64,000 bases of DNA. Source: Octopus bimaculoides. Its lineage: Eukaryota. Numbering within the stretch: the first letter of the stretch is position 1; each line of letters starts with the position of its first letter. The notes beneath the pieces were generated by a model. The model did no database searches. It was not told the origin of the DNA and worked only from the letters and a program-made list of their open reading frames with translations. A program made the translations under genes and the position numbers. Positions 51,435-64,000 of the stretch are shown here, piece after piece. The stretch lies in NCBI RefSeq assembly GCF_001194135.2, contig NC_068984.1, positions 20,877,789 through 20,941,788 of the forward strand, in the 5' to 3' direction.

Positions 51435-53713
51435 CGTGTCACTCCGTCGGTTACGACGACGAAGTATGTACATATATGTATGTATATTTACAAATATATA
51501 TATATATATATANNNNNNNNNNNNNNNNNNNNNNNNNNNNNNNNNNNNNNNNNNNNNNNNNNNNNNNNNNNNNNNNNNNNNNNNNNNNNNNNNNNNNNNN
51601 NNNNNNNNNNNNNNNNNNNNNNNNNNNNNNNNNNNNNNNNNNNNNNNNNNNNNNNNNNNNNNNNNNNNNNNNNNNNNNNNNNNNNNNNNNNNNNNNNNNN
51701 NNNNNNNNNNNNNNNNNNNNNNNNNNNNNNNNNNNNNNNNNNNNNNNNNNNNNNNNNNNNNNNNNNNNNNNNNNNNNNNNNNNNNNNNNNNNNNNNNNNN
51801 NNNNNNNNNNNNNNNNNNNNNNNNNNNNNNNNNNNNNNNNNNNNNNNNNNNNNNNNNNNNNNNNNNNNNNNNNNNNNNNNNNNNNNNNNNNNNNNNNNNN
51901 NNNNNNNNNNNNNNNNNNNNNNNNNNNNNNNNNNNNNNNNNNNNNNNNNNNNNNNNNNNNNNNNNNNNNNNNNNNNNNNNNNNNNNNNNNNNNNNNNNNN
52001 NNNNNNNNNNNNNNNNNNNNNNNNNNNNNNNNNNNNNNNNNNNNNNNNNNNNNNNNNNNNNNNNNNNNNNNNNNNNNNNNNNNNNNNNNNNNNNNNNNNN
52101 NNNNNNNNNNNNNNNNNNNNNNNNNNNNNNNNNNNNNNNNNNNNNNNNNNNNNNNNNNNNNNNNNNNNNNNNNNNNNNNNNNNNNNNNNNNNNNNNNNNN
52201 NNNNNNNNNNNNNNNNNNNNNNNNNNNNNNNNNNNNNNNNNNNNNNNNNNNNNNNNNNNNNNNNNNNNNNNNNNNNNNNNNNNNNNNNNNNNNNNNNNNN
52301 NNNNNNNNNNNNNNNNNNNNNNNNNNNNNNNNNNNNNNNNNNNNNNNNNNNNNNNNNNNNNNNNNNNNNNNNNNNNNNNNNNNNNNNNNNNNNNNNNNNN
52401 NNNNNNNNNNNNNNNNNNNNNNNNNNNNNNNTGTGTGTGTGTGTGTTTGTATGTGTGTATGCATGCATGTATGTATGTATGTATGTATGTATGTATGTAT
52501 GTATGTATGTATGTATGTATGTATGTGTATACATACATGCATATATAGACATTAAACAGGAACACAAGCGTATGTATATGATTATGTATATGAATATATA
52601 TATATATATATTTTTATTTGCTGAGTCTGGAGGAAGAGGCAGTGGCCATGACCTTTGCAAGCCCTTCGAAAGCGGTGAGCTGGATGCCATTAATGTTCCA
52701 TATAAACTGTCGCAGGTCAACACCTGCAGGAAAGACATGAACAGGGAGCAGATTCTAGACGGGAGATGTTTATAAGAGTAAAGTCTGGGTGAAGTGATCA
52801 GTTCAGGGGTGGTGGTGGTGGAGGACGCACCAAGTGTGATGTGAGGTAGAGTGAATCAAGGGTACGTGAGTGGAAGAGGTAAGAAATCAGCCATCTCCGA
52901 GAAGTAGAGTATATTACAGAAAAGAAGTGGTGAGGCATTAATACTGTACGTATGTGTGTATGTAAATATATATGTGTGCATGTCTATTTACCTGTCTGTC
53001 TGCCTGTTTCTCTCCCCGCTCTTTCTCTGCGAACTCTGTCTTTTCAGTTCTGTTTATCCAATAACCTTATTGTCCTCTCGCATCTTGAACAGTGATTAAA
53101 AAATCAATCCTTTTTGTTCTATCTCAATCAATCTAAACCGTTAGCACCACCACCACCACCACCACCACCACCACCGCCGCCGCCGCTAGTTCTTCTTCTT
53201 CTTCTTCTTCTTCTTCTTCTTCTTCTTCTTCTTCTTCTTCTTCTTCTTCTTCTTCTTCCACTACCACCACCATCACCACCACCTCCCCTCCCCTTCCTCT
53301 TCCTCCCCGTTCCAAGTGGTTTTCTGTAAAGGACATCAGCAGGTCAGAAAGTAAGTAACCATGTTAAGGAATTGCACGCTTCGCTTCCACCAGGTGGCGC
53401 ATAAGTCGGATGATTCTCTTAGCCACGGTCGTCGTCAGATTGTCAGATTTACACAGCTTGAATAGACCATGGAATCGTTGGCCTTTTTTTCTAGTAGTAG
53501 TAGTAGTAGTAGTAGTTGTTGTTGCTGTTGTTGTTCCTGTATGGTTGTCTTTACAGCTATGGTCGTCTTTTATTGTTTTCGGTTTTGTTCATTTTGCTGT
53601 TTTAGTCGTTATTTCAACTGACATTCTCCAGCTTCCTCAACACATATACACACTCTCTTTCGTGTGTACTCGTGTCATACAAATACCCACGTACCACGCT
53701 CCCACGCACAATT

Positions 53714-53754
<41 letters not shown>

Positions 53755-53911
53755 CACGTACTCACATATACATAAATACACACTCGCACGTATGTCTAAA
53801 AACTTCACTGCTACACAATATGTGTACGTGTGTGTGTGTGTATGTGCGTGTGTGCATCTACCTATTTTATCTATCTATCTATATCATATATGCGTGTACA
53901 GACACTTGATT

Positions 53912-53948
<37 letters not shown>

Positions 53949-54091
53949 CACTTATTCACAGATTAGAATATATTCCTGTGTGTGAGTGTCGTGTGGGCTG
54001 TGTGTCATATACCTTTATATGTTCACACACTTGTACACACAAGTTCCTATACACATATGTATCAGGTCATCCCATAAGTTCTGTCCGAATT

Positions 54092-54356
54092 TTCTCATCG
54101 CAGATCGGTGGCTATCGGACGCTGACGAAGGGAAATAACCCTGAAACTCGAGTCCATTCGTGCTACAGATCACGATGAGAGGGATAACTTCCCTTGGCAA
54201 AACAAACAGGACACAGAAGTGTGTCGATAAGCCAGCTGGAGGAGATGTCCTCCTGGGGCTAAAAACAACAGTAACATCCACCCCTAGGGGTCAGCCACAT
54301 TTATGTGGCAATATACTTCACTTTATCGTGCAGTTACTGTTAATACCTCATTTAGA
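54092..54356 (+). mobile_element. ~265-bp structured insert (retrozyme/PLE-SINE-like) within the mariner end
   Basis: Lies between the mariner TIR and its 3' UTR, flanked by GAATT at 54087-54091 and 54357-54361. Contains a hammerhead and further hairpins. Confidence 0.6.
54093..54180 (+). ncRNA. Type I hammerhead ribozyme with intact core and extended stem I
   Basis: CGGACG-CTGACGA-AGGG/AAATAA/CCCT-GAAA-CTCGA-GTC-CATTCG. Palindromic stem III ACTCGAGT, predicted cleavage after C54154. Stem I extends through GTGGC/GCTAC, GATC/GATC and TCTCATCG/CGATGAGA. Confidence 0.85.
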
Positions 54357-57341
54357 GAATTAACATTAAGTGATCAAATGTTATATTTAATTGAAATTTA
54401 ATCATCATTGTGCTTTCCCTGATTATCTATGACTTTCTTCCATCTATTTACAAGCGTTTTAATCCCATCAATATAAAACTCTTTTGGTTTCAAAGCGAAG
54501 AATTCTGAAATGTCAGTTTCGACCTCCTCTTGGCTTGCGAAAGTTATGTCCCCCAAATGATTCTGTAAACTACGAAACAAATGGTAGTCTGAAGGAGCAA
54601 GGTCGGGAGAATAAGGTGGATGAGGAATTTTTCCCAACCAAGATCTTCGATCTTCTGTGATGTGATCTTTGCAGTGTGGGGGTCACGCATTGTCCTGATG
54701 AAACATCACTCCTTTTCAATTCACTAAAGCNNNNNNNNNNNNNNNNNNNNNNNNNNNNNNNNNNNNNNNNNNNNNNNNNNNNNNNNNNNNNNNNNNNNNN
54801 NNNNNNNNNNNNNNNTGGTAACAATTCAAAGTGAATTACTCCTTTGCAATCCCACCAGATAGAGAGAAGAACCTTTTTCCCATGAAGTTCCCTTCTCGGT
54901 TGTGGTTGAGCTTTCCCCCTTTTACCAAGCCACTGTTTACGACGTTTAACATTTCGATAGAAGATCCATTTTTCCTTATCAGTCACAAGTCTATCCAAAA
55001 AGGGTGAAATGAGTTCGCGAGAATGGAGAGAAGAGCAGATGTCAACTCGGGATTTGCGGCTGCTTTCGTGCAATTCATGAGGCACCCATTTTCCAAGTTT
55101 AGGAACCTTTCCAAGTTGTTGAAGATGACGATGAATAGTTGTGGGGTTTGAACTTAGCTTTATTGCCAATTCTTCAACTGATAATGCAGGATTTTCTTCC
55201 ATTAATGCCTCAAGGAGCTTATCATCAAATTCAACTGGACGTCCTGTTCGATCTTCATCTTCAAGGCTGAAATCTCCACTTCTGAAACCGACTGCGTCTA
55301 AGAGAGTTGCATTGAATGCTGAAGTACAATTCATGCTTGTTATTAAAATGCTTTGCCGATAGCTCAGCTTAAGATACGCCTTCGCATTTCATAACAATGT
55401 TTTAGGACCTGTTAGTCAACAACAGATTTAGGCTGCAAAAAATATCAATGAAATGAAACAGGTACTCCTACATGTTTAGGCATTTACTGGGTCAATGCAA
55501 CTAACACGGCTGAAGCAAAATTGACTAAAGACTTCCACATAGTGTTATAGGAAAATTTTGACCAAAATTGAAGAGGAAATATAATTAGAAAGAGATATCG
55601 TTTATATAGCCAGTTCTTCTGACCCTAATAATATACAAGTATTTGAACCAGTACTCTAATCTAAGTTCATTTGCCACTGCCAAATTACCGCTTACTCTAT
55701 TGAGCACCACACTTATATTTATCAGTATAACAAACACTTTGAAACACGGAGTAATTTAAAATAGTGAGTATCTTAAAAATGATATACGTCATATAAATTT
55801 TAATACTCGAAAAAGCAGTGAGAATCGGTAAAACATTCCAAAAGCCTATATTTTGAATCCAGAACTCTGCTTTAACTGTACTTTACATTCATATTCACGG
55901 AAGAAAAAAAAACTATATAAAAATGCCAGACGCAGTCTAACTGTAAAAAACAAACAAACAAACAAAACATGTCGCTTTATTAGTAAACCGGCTGGTGATT
56001 TATTCCTAAAGGAACAAACTAAATTAATATTGATTTTCTTTTCATAAAGTATAAGGCCAATCTGCAAAGAAGATATGCTGTCAATGGAACCAATCTATGG
56101 AATAATATTGGTACTTATTTATCGATTTTGAATAAGAATAAAGGCTAAATCAACCGTGGCTAGATTTAAAATCAGAAATGAGAGGGCGCAGGCGACAAAT
56201 GGGAAACATCTAGACCACTGCTTTGTGAATTTTTCGTTACTTCTTGAAAATAAAACCTTAAATACACACACACACACACACACACGCGCGCTCACACACA
56301 CACACACACATGCACACACACACACACATACACACATACACACATATTGACCCAATTACCAGTAAGCCTTCTGTTGTCAAGTTAAAACTGGGCTAAATAT
56401 ATCAGCTTACTTCAGATTCAGTATAAACATATATATGCGTTCTAACACACAGACAAATACTATTATATCTACATATATTAACCCTCTTTCGCATTACCTT
56501 TGAGTCAAGTAGATGTAATCATGTATGAAGGATTATGCGTGCGCAAGTGAGTATTGAAACAAAGTCTGTATGCCCTGTCAAGTTAATTAACTTTTTGTGG
56601 AGAATTTCCAGAAAGTTAGCATCTATTTTTTCTTATACGCTGGTTGTTAATAGGAAGCAATACAACAGCAATGTATATCTTTCTATGTATTTCGACGAAT
56701 CGAATGTCAACCTTTCGTTTTCATTGCTAAAATTATCCACAGATATTGTTCCGTTTTCATGTTTAACTGGTGCCGCCATTTTATGTGTAATAATTTGCAT
56801 ATTTGTTGGTCGGCCAGTGTTGTAGCTTATATGAACAATCTGTGGCAATGTCTTAGTTCCCATTGAATAATCCTAACTCTAATAAGATACTAGGGTCGAA
56901 AAAGACTACTAGTATCATTAGCTAAAAACAGAAACTGTTCCGCGTGTGTGTTTGTATGTAAGTGTGTGTATGCGCGTGTTTGTGTGTGAGTGAGTGTGTA
57001 TGAAGTGAGTGTGTGTGAAGTGAATGTGTATGTGTGTGTGTGTGTGTGTGCACGAGTTAATGTGCGCAAAAAAGTCGTACAATCAGTCGTCACGTCTGCT
57101 ACGAGTATGTATAGCTTGGTACTATGTACCATACTTTCGCTAATTGTTTTAGGTATCTATATAGTTGTGGGCAGGCATAGACATATTCTCAGTACTTTCA
57201 CACTCGACCCAGTACAACAGCTAAGATGTGACGGCTGGATGGAGAGTGAGAGATGCCACCAACATTTGGGGGGTACTTACTCTTCAGTTGAGTGGATTGA
57301 AATAACTTGAAATGTAGTGTTTTGCCCAAACACAACGCACC

Positions 57342-57461
57342 AAAAAATGTGTTAGTGTATAAAGTTACTAAAAGACGGATGTCAATATTGTTTATAAAAT
57401 TAATTTTATAAACAATATTGACATTTGTCTTTTAGTAACTTTATACACTAACACATTTTTT
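57342..57461. repeat. Spacerless 120-bp palindrome (60-bp arms, 2 mismatches)
   Basis: AAAAAATGTGTTAGTGTATAAAGTTACTAAAAGACGGATGTCAATATTGTTTATAAAATT|AATTTTATAAACAATATTGACATTTGTCTTTTAGTAACTTTATACACTAACACATTTTTT. Confidence 0.95.
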
Positions 57462-58269
57462 TACTATTATCTACTTATTCCATAATGTTTTAACCTTGTT
57501 TACTATAATACTCTTCTTCAATATTTTTAGATTGTAACTCTTAATAATTATATTAATACAGTTAATGTAGGGATTAGTTTACAGATTTTATCTCTTTATA
57601 TATATTTTTTATTTCTCATGTTTATGTTTATTCCTTAAATGATTTTAGGTATTTTCTTAGGGATTTGACCTGAAGAGTGACTGATTTTGGGAGTAAAATC
57701 ATTTCCCCGTTCTAATGAACTCAGACAGAATTTGTTTATGATTTTATATAGTCCTATTTCAGCCATGAAGCGCGCGTAGTCTATGTACTAGCACTAACTT
57801 TTTACATTTATACTTCCATACTGTATATTATCGTATTAATTTTTACTGTCCAATTTATAATTTTAACTTAAATTTTTTAAAAATTAATATTTCTATGATT
57901 TATTTATATGATTTATATGATTTATTTATGTAATATATTATTTAATTAAAATCTTTAGATTAAAATCTTAGATATATTAAAATGGTATATGCCTCACAGC
58001 ATGGATTTGGACGGGTTCTGAGTTGACTGAGTTGTAGAGTGGTGGTTCGTCTCTAAATTAGTTATGTATATACGTACTAGGTATTACCTGTTCTGCAATC
58101 AAAACGGCAGGGGCGACATAAACCCACATTTTTTAATCTTCGTTTCTGGTGATAGGCCTTTGTGCCTGAAATAAATAAAGTTTACTCAACTTACCCTTTT
58201 CGTATTGTTACACGCTCTCCATTATTTGTTATTTTACTTATTCATATACATATCTAATATATGTAAAAT

Positions 58270-58272
58270 TGA

Positions 58273-58320
<48 letters not shown>

Positions 58321-58900
58321 GTTTGTGTGTGTGTGTATGTGTTCAAAAATTTAATGTACCTCAATAACTTCTACATCTTTCATCCGATTTCTTTAAAATT
58401 TTATATACAGCTGTTTCATATTCCAGACCCGAACATAGGCCACTTAAATTTTTTAAAATCGATATTGGGGCCTCTAGAGCGATGAGAAACCAACAATAGA
58501 TGATTCCTATTCATTTGCATTAATCAGCTATTTTATAATCTATTGGGTCTTCCATACGTTTTTAATCTTTTTATAGAAGTGAAAGGATTTTGTCTATTTA
58601 TTCTTTTCCACCAGCGACGGTGATTAATTTGACTAGAAAAGCTGAACGCATACATTTTACACAATTCTCAACCGATTTTCACAAAACTTTACACATACAT
58701 TACTTATGTCCCAAGGATGGTCATGCACTAAACATTTTGCTCAGAGCTCCCGCGTAAATGGACCTAAATGGACATAGTTTTTTGTATGTAGGGTCTTCCA
58801 TACATTTTTCATCTTTTTATAAAAGTGAAAGGACTTTTGTCTATTTATTTATTTATTTATTTCGATTGTCCACCTGTCACAGTGATTAGACTAGGAACAA
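58270..58900 (+). repeat. Helentron/HINE-like remnant with an internal ~245-bp-period repeat
   Basis: A (GT)n tract, then CATCCGATTT..AAAATTTT / CAACCGATTTTCACAAAACTTT motifs, and GGTCTTCCATAC.TTTT..ATCTTTTTATA.AAGTGAAAGGA at about 58545 and about 58792. Confidence 0.45.
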
Positions 58901-61229
58901 TGTACGCGATGAAAATCCAAAACCAAACAATCTTAACCTCCATATTTAAACTTCATTAAAGTTTGGCAAGCTTACCTTTACCTATTCTGAGTTACATGAA
59001 AGGTGATGTTCCCTTTCCTCTCTCTTATTTGTTGATTCCTTTGTTTACCTACCAATGCGTTATTTCACTTTAAGGATGCTTATTTACCCATCTATTATTA
59101 TATTTCAACTGTTGTTCATTGTTTCAAATACGTCGTTCTAGCCTTTTTTAAACACTCACATATGATTCGTCTCAAAGAATCAACCTTTAAATAAGAGCTT
59201 AGTTTCCACTAGCGAAGGCTATATGTATCTTTCAGAATGCTCCATACCAATTTAACTTTATGCAGTATTCGCTGTTAGTTTATGCGCAGGCTATGTGGGA
59301 AGACAGAATAAAGGGGCTTTTGTTAGTTTATCTCTCCGAAAAAATAGCTCCCTTTACTGTTCAAAAAAAATTTACTCGTAGAGGGGAAGTTTCAAGTCTT
59401 CCTTCAATTTCACTAAACTATTTTGTGGCTGTTTCTGACAGAAATTTCGCTTTCATGTAAAACAACTATATTTTGTAGTCATTATCCGTAATCTACTCCC
59501 AAAACACTTCAGTAGTTCCACTTTGCATCGTTTGCAAACTTATATGTTCTTTGATCATTAAAGTGCAACGACCTCCACAGTAACCAGCCTTCAATTTGAT
59601 TTTCCGTTCCTAGGTTAATCGGAAATAAAGACTGCCGTGCTACTCACAAACCTTCTAGGTAGTTCAATTATTTGGTGAAAAAAATATCACCAAAGCAACT
59701 TAAACCGCCTAAAGAACGGGTGCGTTTGCCAGTATATATATATATATATATATATACATACATACATACACACACATATATATATATTATATACATACAT
59801 ACACACACACACACACATATATATATAATAACACAAATGGGGTGAGGTTCATTACAACTGTTTTACATGTGCGTACTTTATTGGTAAACAAAAAACCCCG
59901 CTTTCTTCAGGTAAATTAAGATTAATATTTAACATCTAAGAATTTTCACACAAATAGTATGTAATGCATATTGATCCTCTCATCTCTGTTTCAGCTGAAA
60001 CCAAGATGAAAAGGTCAATATGCATTATATACTATTTGCATTATATACTACATGTGTGGAAAATCCTAAATGTTAAGTTTTAATCTTAATTCACTTGAAG
60101 AAAACGGTTTTTTTTCAGATGATGTAATTGGCTTGTTCATCAATAAAGACCACGTTTGAAATAGCTGTAGTAAAGCTCAACCTATGTGTATTATTATTTA
60201 TACTTCACCACACTCGGAACGATCCCTGCGTTGGATCTTGAGCCTACACTGGACTGTGGAATAGTGCCGGAGTATACTCCCGTGTGACTTTGCTTATACT
60301 TTGTGTATTTGGTTCATACTTGTGAATGTATGCATAATCGGAACGACAAATCTGTATTTACTATGGTAAGTTTCTAAGTATCCGTTCACACTGTTAGTGC
60401 ACAGGTACGTTATCCCCGACTCTACCTTGGTGCCTTTGTTATTTAAATAACTTGATTCTATTGGATCCTGAAAATTTTATCATATTCATATATGGTGTTG
60501 TTTTTCTCATAGACGGTCCCCAACCGACCCTACTATACTGTGTCGTCGATAAAATCGAAAACAAACAATGTGCATGCGCGAAATTAATAATACAAAATGG
60601 CGAAAATTTACCCATCGCACCTATGTGTGTGAGTGTGTGTGTGTGTGTGTGTGTGTAATGTATAGATTATCATATCATTAGTATTAATTTAATTTCGTAA
60701 TTCACTTGTAGCTCAAGTATTCTTTGGACGATGTGAGAGCAACATCTTTCATGGAGAGAACCTGGATATGTATATATAAAATTATCAGGTGTATGAGAGA
60801 GAATTTGGCTATGTATATTGCATCCGGGGTGTTGTAATGGGAACAACTCAGTAAAAATTCTCTTAGCAAAGATTGATTATTTTCCTTGGATTGTCAAATA
60901 GTTTTAATTAAATTCATTATGAAATAAAAAAGAATATAAGAAATTATAGGAGCCCTAGAACCAGTGAAAGGAGCTGCAAAAGTTTTAGAGGTCATACTTA
61001 GTCGGGAAAAAAGAAGGAAGAAATGAGTTGCTATGAGTTGTGGATATAAAGTTGAGAAGAAATAATAGATGTGCTGGGTATTGTGAAAAGTATATAATTT
61101 CTATACAAGTTTTAAAGATTAAAAATGTGAAATCTGATATTGTAAAAATATTATGTGATAGTTACTCGTTAGTCTTCTTAATCTGGAAGTTGTATATTTT
61201 CCAAATTTTAGCAGACACTTGTGAAAGTA

Positions 61230-62750
61230 GCAGTAATTTGTGAAAATTTCTGATCTATGTACTAGTTCAAGGAATTTTTTTTATGTTGCTCAGTGTGAGA
61301 GTCTTCTCAGTTGCACATAAATGGTCTGCATGGCTTAAGGATTTTCTATAGCATGTCAGATTCACTAGAATATGTTTTTTATTTGATAATTGATTGTTGT
61401 TCCTCTGTAAATGACTGAAAGAAGACATGGCTGTGGTAACTTTGCTTAAAATTACCCCCCACCCGCTACAACAATGTGATATTCATGCTTTATGGAACGG
61501 TTATAACATCTAATTCACCTATGATCATTTCTGCTCAACTTGACTGAGTATGGACTGGTGCTTCTGCATGTGCAGTTAACCACGGTTAATTTTGTTGGTT
61601 CATGTGTTGCAATATTGTTCGTGTTTAGAATGCAGCTGCAACTCTCTTTTATACCCTTTTTATTGAATTTTTTTGCACCAGGAATGCTTATCTATTGGGG
61701 ATTAGAAATTTTTAGCAACAGTTGACTTAATGTTTAGGAAAACGAATGGGTGTAGACCAGGTATTGTTGCGGGTTGTATTCTTTGTATTAGAAAATAACA
61801 AAAATAGGAGCTGTAAGTAATCTTATCTTTGAAGCATTAACTGCTAAAACATTATTGTTATAAGGAGCTACTTATCGAAGATTGTTTAGTAAGAGTTTGG
61901 TGGTCTTCCTACAAGTTTTTAAGATTTGTGGCAGGCAACATAAGTCTATATTAAGGTATGTTAGATTTGTATATATTTGTGATTAAATTTTAAGAAGAAA
62001 TTTATTATCACGCTCCACAACTGGTTATCAATAGGCTGAAAATTTTAAACGTGTAAATAAGGTCTTACCTAATGATATTTAGTGTAGCTCAGCATTTCTA
62101 TATAATCGAATATCTGATGTGTTATGTGTATTATTTAGTGCGCCTACCATCGGCAAACAAGATCGCATATCTCTGAACTATAGAACAACCCCATACTGGA
62201 AGAGAAAGAACATATAGCTTTTGATCTTTCTGTTCCGCTGTAGAGCAAATTCTTTCTACTGTGCATAATGATATATCTAATATTATTATCTCTCATTATT
62301 TACTTTTACGATGTCTAAGGAACAAATGATTTGGGATTGAAAATTAGAAGGATGGAATCCTTTAATATTAAATTGAGTGGACTTAGAATCGAGTTTGTTA
62401 TTAATATTATTGAACCAATGGCACAATTATTATTCCACTTATACAGGATTTCCAGTCACCATCTGGTTGTCTTCCTAATTTTATTAGTCATATTACTGAA
62501 GATATTCTTGCTAATTAATTCTATCTCTATTTATCAGGAATAATTATTCTATATTTAGGATTAAAGGCAATATTCTTTATGTTGACTTTCATTGTAACAT
62601 TAGACATTATAACCTGTTATCTAATTTCATTTTATTTCCTATCTTTTTGATCTCTACGTTTATAACATTGTTAGTATTTATGCTATAGTTTTGTAATTTT
62701 GGATAATTTTCTTATTAACTAGCTGTGGAGTGTGTTAAATCGTACACATC
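61230..62750 (-). pseudogene. Degenerate Penelope-like element ORF (RT plus GIY-YIG-associated C-terminus)
   Basis: Minus-strand segments in colinear order: NVINVEIKKIGNKMKLDNRL, WFNNINNKLDSKSTQFNIKGFHPS, IIMHSRKNLLY, MGLFYSSEICDLV, NIKSTVAKNF..IDKH, SCSCILN..NCTCR, LCATEK, RSEIFTN. Many stops and frameshifts. Confidence 0.85.
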
Positions 62751-63095
62751 CATAGTTATAACTACTATACTGTGACATGCCATCAATCATATGATATAAA
62801 ATCTGATATGACAATCTCATATGTTGCTGCACGATGTAGGATGGGAATATCGTATTGTAACGTACAGGAGTTTTACCTGAATGAATAAAAAAGGCGTACT
62901 CAATGCAGCTCTAAGTATATCAATATAATCAATGTATAGATTAACACATCGCTACTATTAGTCGCACATCTAAGTTACTACTAAGACATTCTCTAGGAGA
63001 TATACAACCAACGGTTTCAATAAAGAGAATATAGACGTATATAATGTCCAGTAAGTTATATACGTCCAGATTCTTTACGAAGAAGCTGTTAGCCA

Positions 63096-63148
63096 TATCA
63101 TCCGAAGAATATCTGATTTATTTCTCAGATATGAATCTAGTCACGATG
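63096..63148 (+). ncRNA. Minimal type I hammerhead motif (U4C, A15.1U) near the Penelope ORF 5' end, antisense to it
   Basis: TATCAT-CCGAAGA-ATATCTGA/TTTATTTC/TCAGATAT-GAAT-CTA-GTC-ACGATG. 8-bp stem II, restorable palindrome ACTAGT, GUC triplet, stem I with 5 of 6 pairs. Confidence 0.6.
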
Positions 63149-63419
63149 ATGTGCTAATCTATGCATTGACATAACCAATGCACTTTCACATGCGCGTACG
63201 TGTGTGAGAATGTGCTTATGTGTCTGAGTTCTTCGATGCACGTGTGTATGTATGTTTATGTATTTGTCCCTGTATTGGAGAGGGGGCAACCGTGTTAATA
63301 TGTGAACATATATTTCTCATAATATGTGCACAAAAATTTCTCATGTATACATGCTTATAAAATACGTTTTCAATAGGGCCATACTATAAACACTTCTAGC
63401 ATAGATGCAAAGCTAGAAG

Positions 63420-63600
63420 TTTGTAGGAAAGGGTGAACCGATTAAATTGCTTTACGTGTTTAACTGATACTTTATTTTATCAACTTCAAAAGGATGAAAG
63501 ACAAAGATGATCTAGGCTAGATGTGAACACAGAACTTAAAAGCTAACGAAACACCCAAGGCACTTTCTCCAACACACTATCGATGCTGCCGCTCCATCAC
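63420..63600 (-). mobile_element. SINE family A (minus strand), diverged
   Basis: AACTGATACTTTATTTTATCAACTTCAAAAGGATGAAAGACAAAG. Confidence 0.65.
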
Positions 63601-64000
63601 TAAAGTATGGCCACATTATAATAAAATACTGAAAGGAAGAATATTGTGCAAGATTACTTTCTTTTTTAACCAGGCTTCTCTCGAATAAAGCATTTAGCCT
63701 CTATTTCCAAATTCCACTTTCGAATTCTTCAAATTGATGTCGGGCCGCTCTACACCGGACGGAAGTCTGTCATTCTAGTGCGAAATCAAAGAGTATTCTA
63801 AAATACTCATTGACAATTTCCGGCTAAAAATTAGCAAAAAATATATGAAAAAGATGAAAAAAAAAAAAAAAATTCCCAGAAAACTTGATGGTGATTAAGA
63901 GGTGGAATTTTGGCAAAGTTCAAAGAGATGTCTTGCAAGATACAGGAAGTTCACTGGGTTCTCGATTGTGACCGATTAGAAGACGCACAGGACATCTGGT

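Larger units (their letters stand above)
54062..55400 (-). mobile_element. Mariner (D,D34D-type) transposon, defective; one TIR visible
   Basis: FRSGDFSLEDEDRTGRP, WVPHEL, VT(DK)EKWIFY, FHQDNA and HPPYSPDLAPSDYHLFRSL motifs. TA|TCAGGTCATCCCATAAGTTCTGTCCGAATTT TIR at 54062. There is a frameshift near 54640, the first catalytic D is altered, an N gap lies inside, and the other TIR was not found. Confidence 0.95.

Noticed and set aside
59855-60165. CTGAAGA..AAAACAGTTGTA (minus strand) and CAGATGA..GAAATAGCTGTA (plus strand); similar motif at about 25876
   Set aside because: They echo the ACAGCTGT hammerhead family, but stems I and II cannot be paired convincingly, so they are too decayed to call.

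Overview
A 64-kb, AT-rich, gapped, repeat-dense animal genomic window. The SINE families, which I recognise from memory, and the extreme microsatellite load point to an octopus. I found no host protein-coding gene: there is one well-bounded candidate exon and a few promoter-like motif clusters. Most ORF-track entries are microsatellite or N-gap artefacts. Decayed transposon coding remnants are identifiable: L1/Tx1-like ORF1 plus endonuclease, an RTE-clade LINE with a 5'-inverted structure, a HERO-type restriction-like endonuclease, a CR1/L2-group LINE, further RT fragments, a mariner transposase, and one clear plus one probable Penelope-like (RT/GIY-YIG) element. The most notable signal is a set of minimal type I hammerhead ribozyme motifs from about five unrelated sequence families (near 16.5/17.0, 38.3/38.8, 39.3/39.5, 54.1 and 63.1 kb). 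Each has a palindromic stem III and most sit in short direct or inverted repeats, which suggests a cephalopod Penelope/retrozyme system. The best copy has an intact core and lies in a ~265-bp insert within a mariner end. Also present are two related ~750-bp MITEs (GG termini, 8-bp TSDs, internal TTAGGG tracts, different TIR tips) and several foldback palindromes. All assignments come from manual reading and translation; no searches or folding programs were run.
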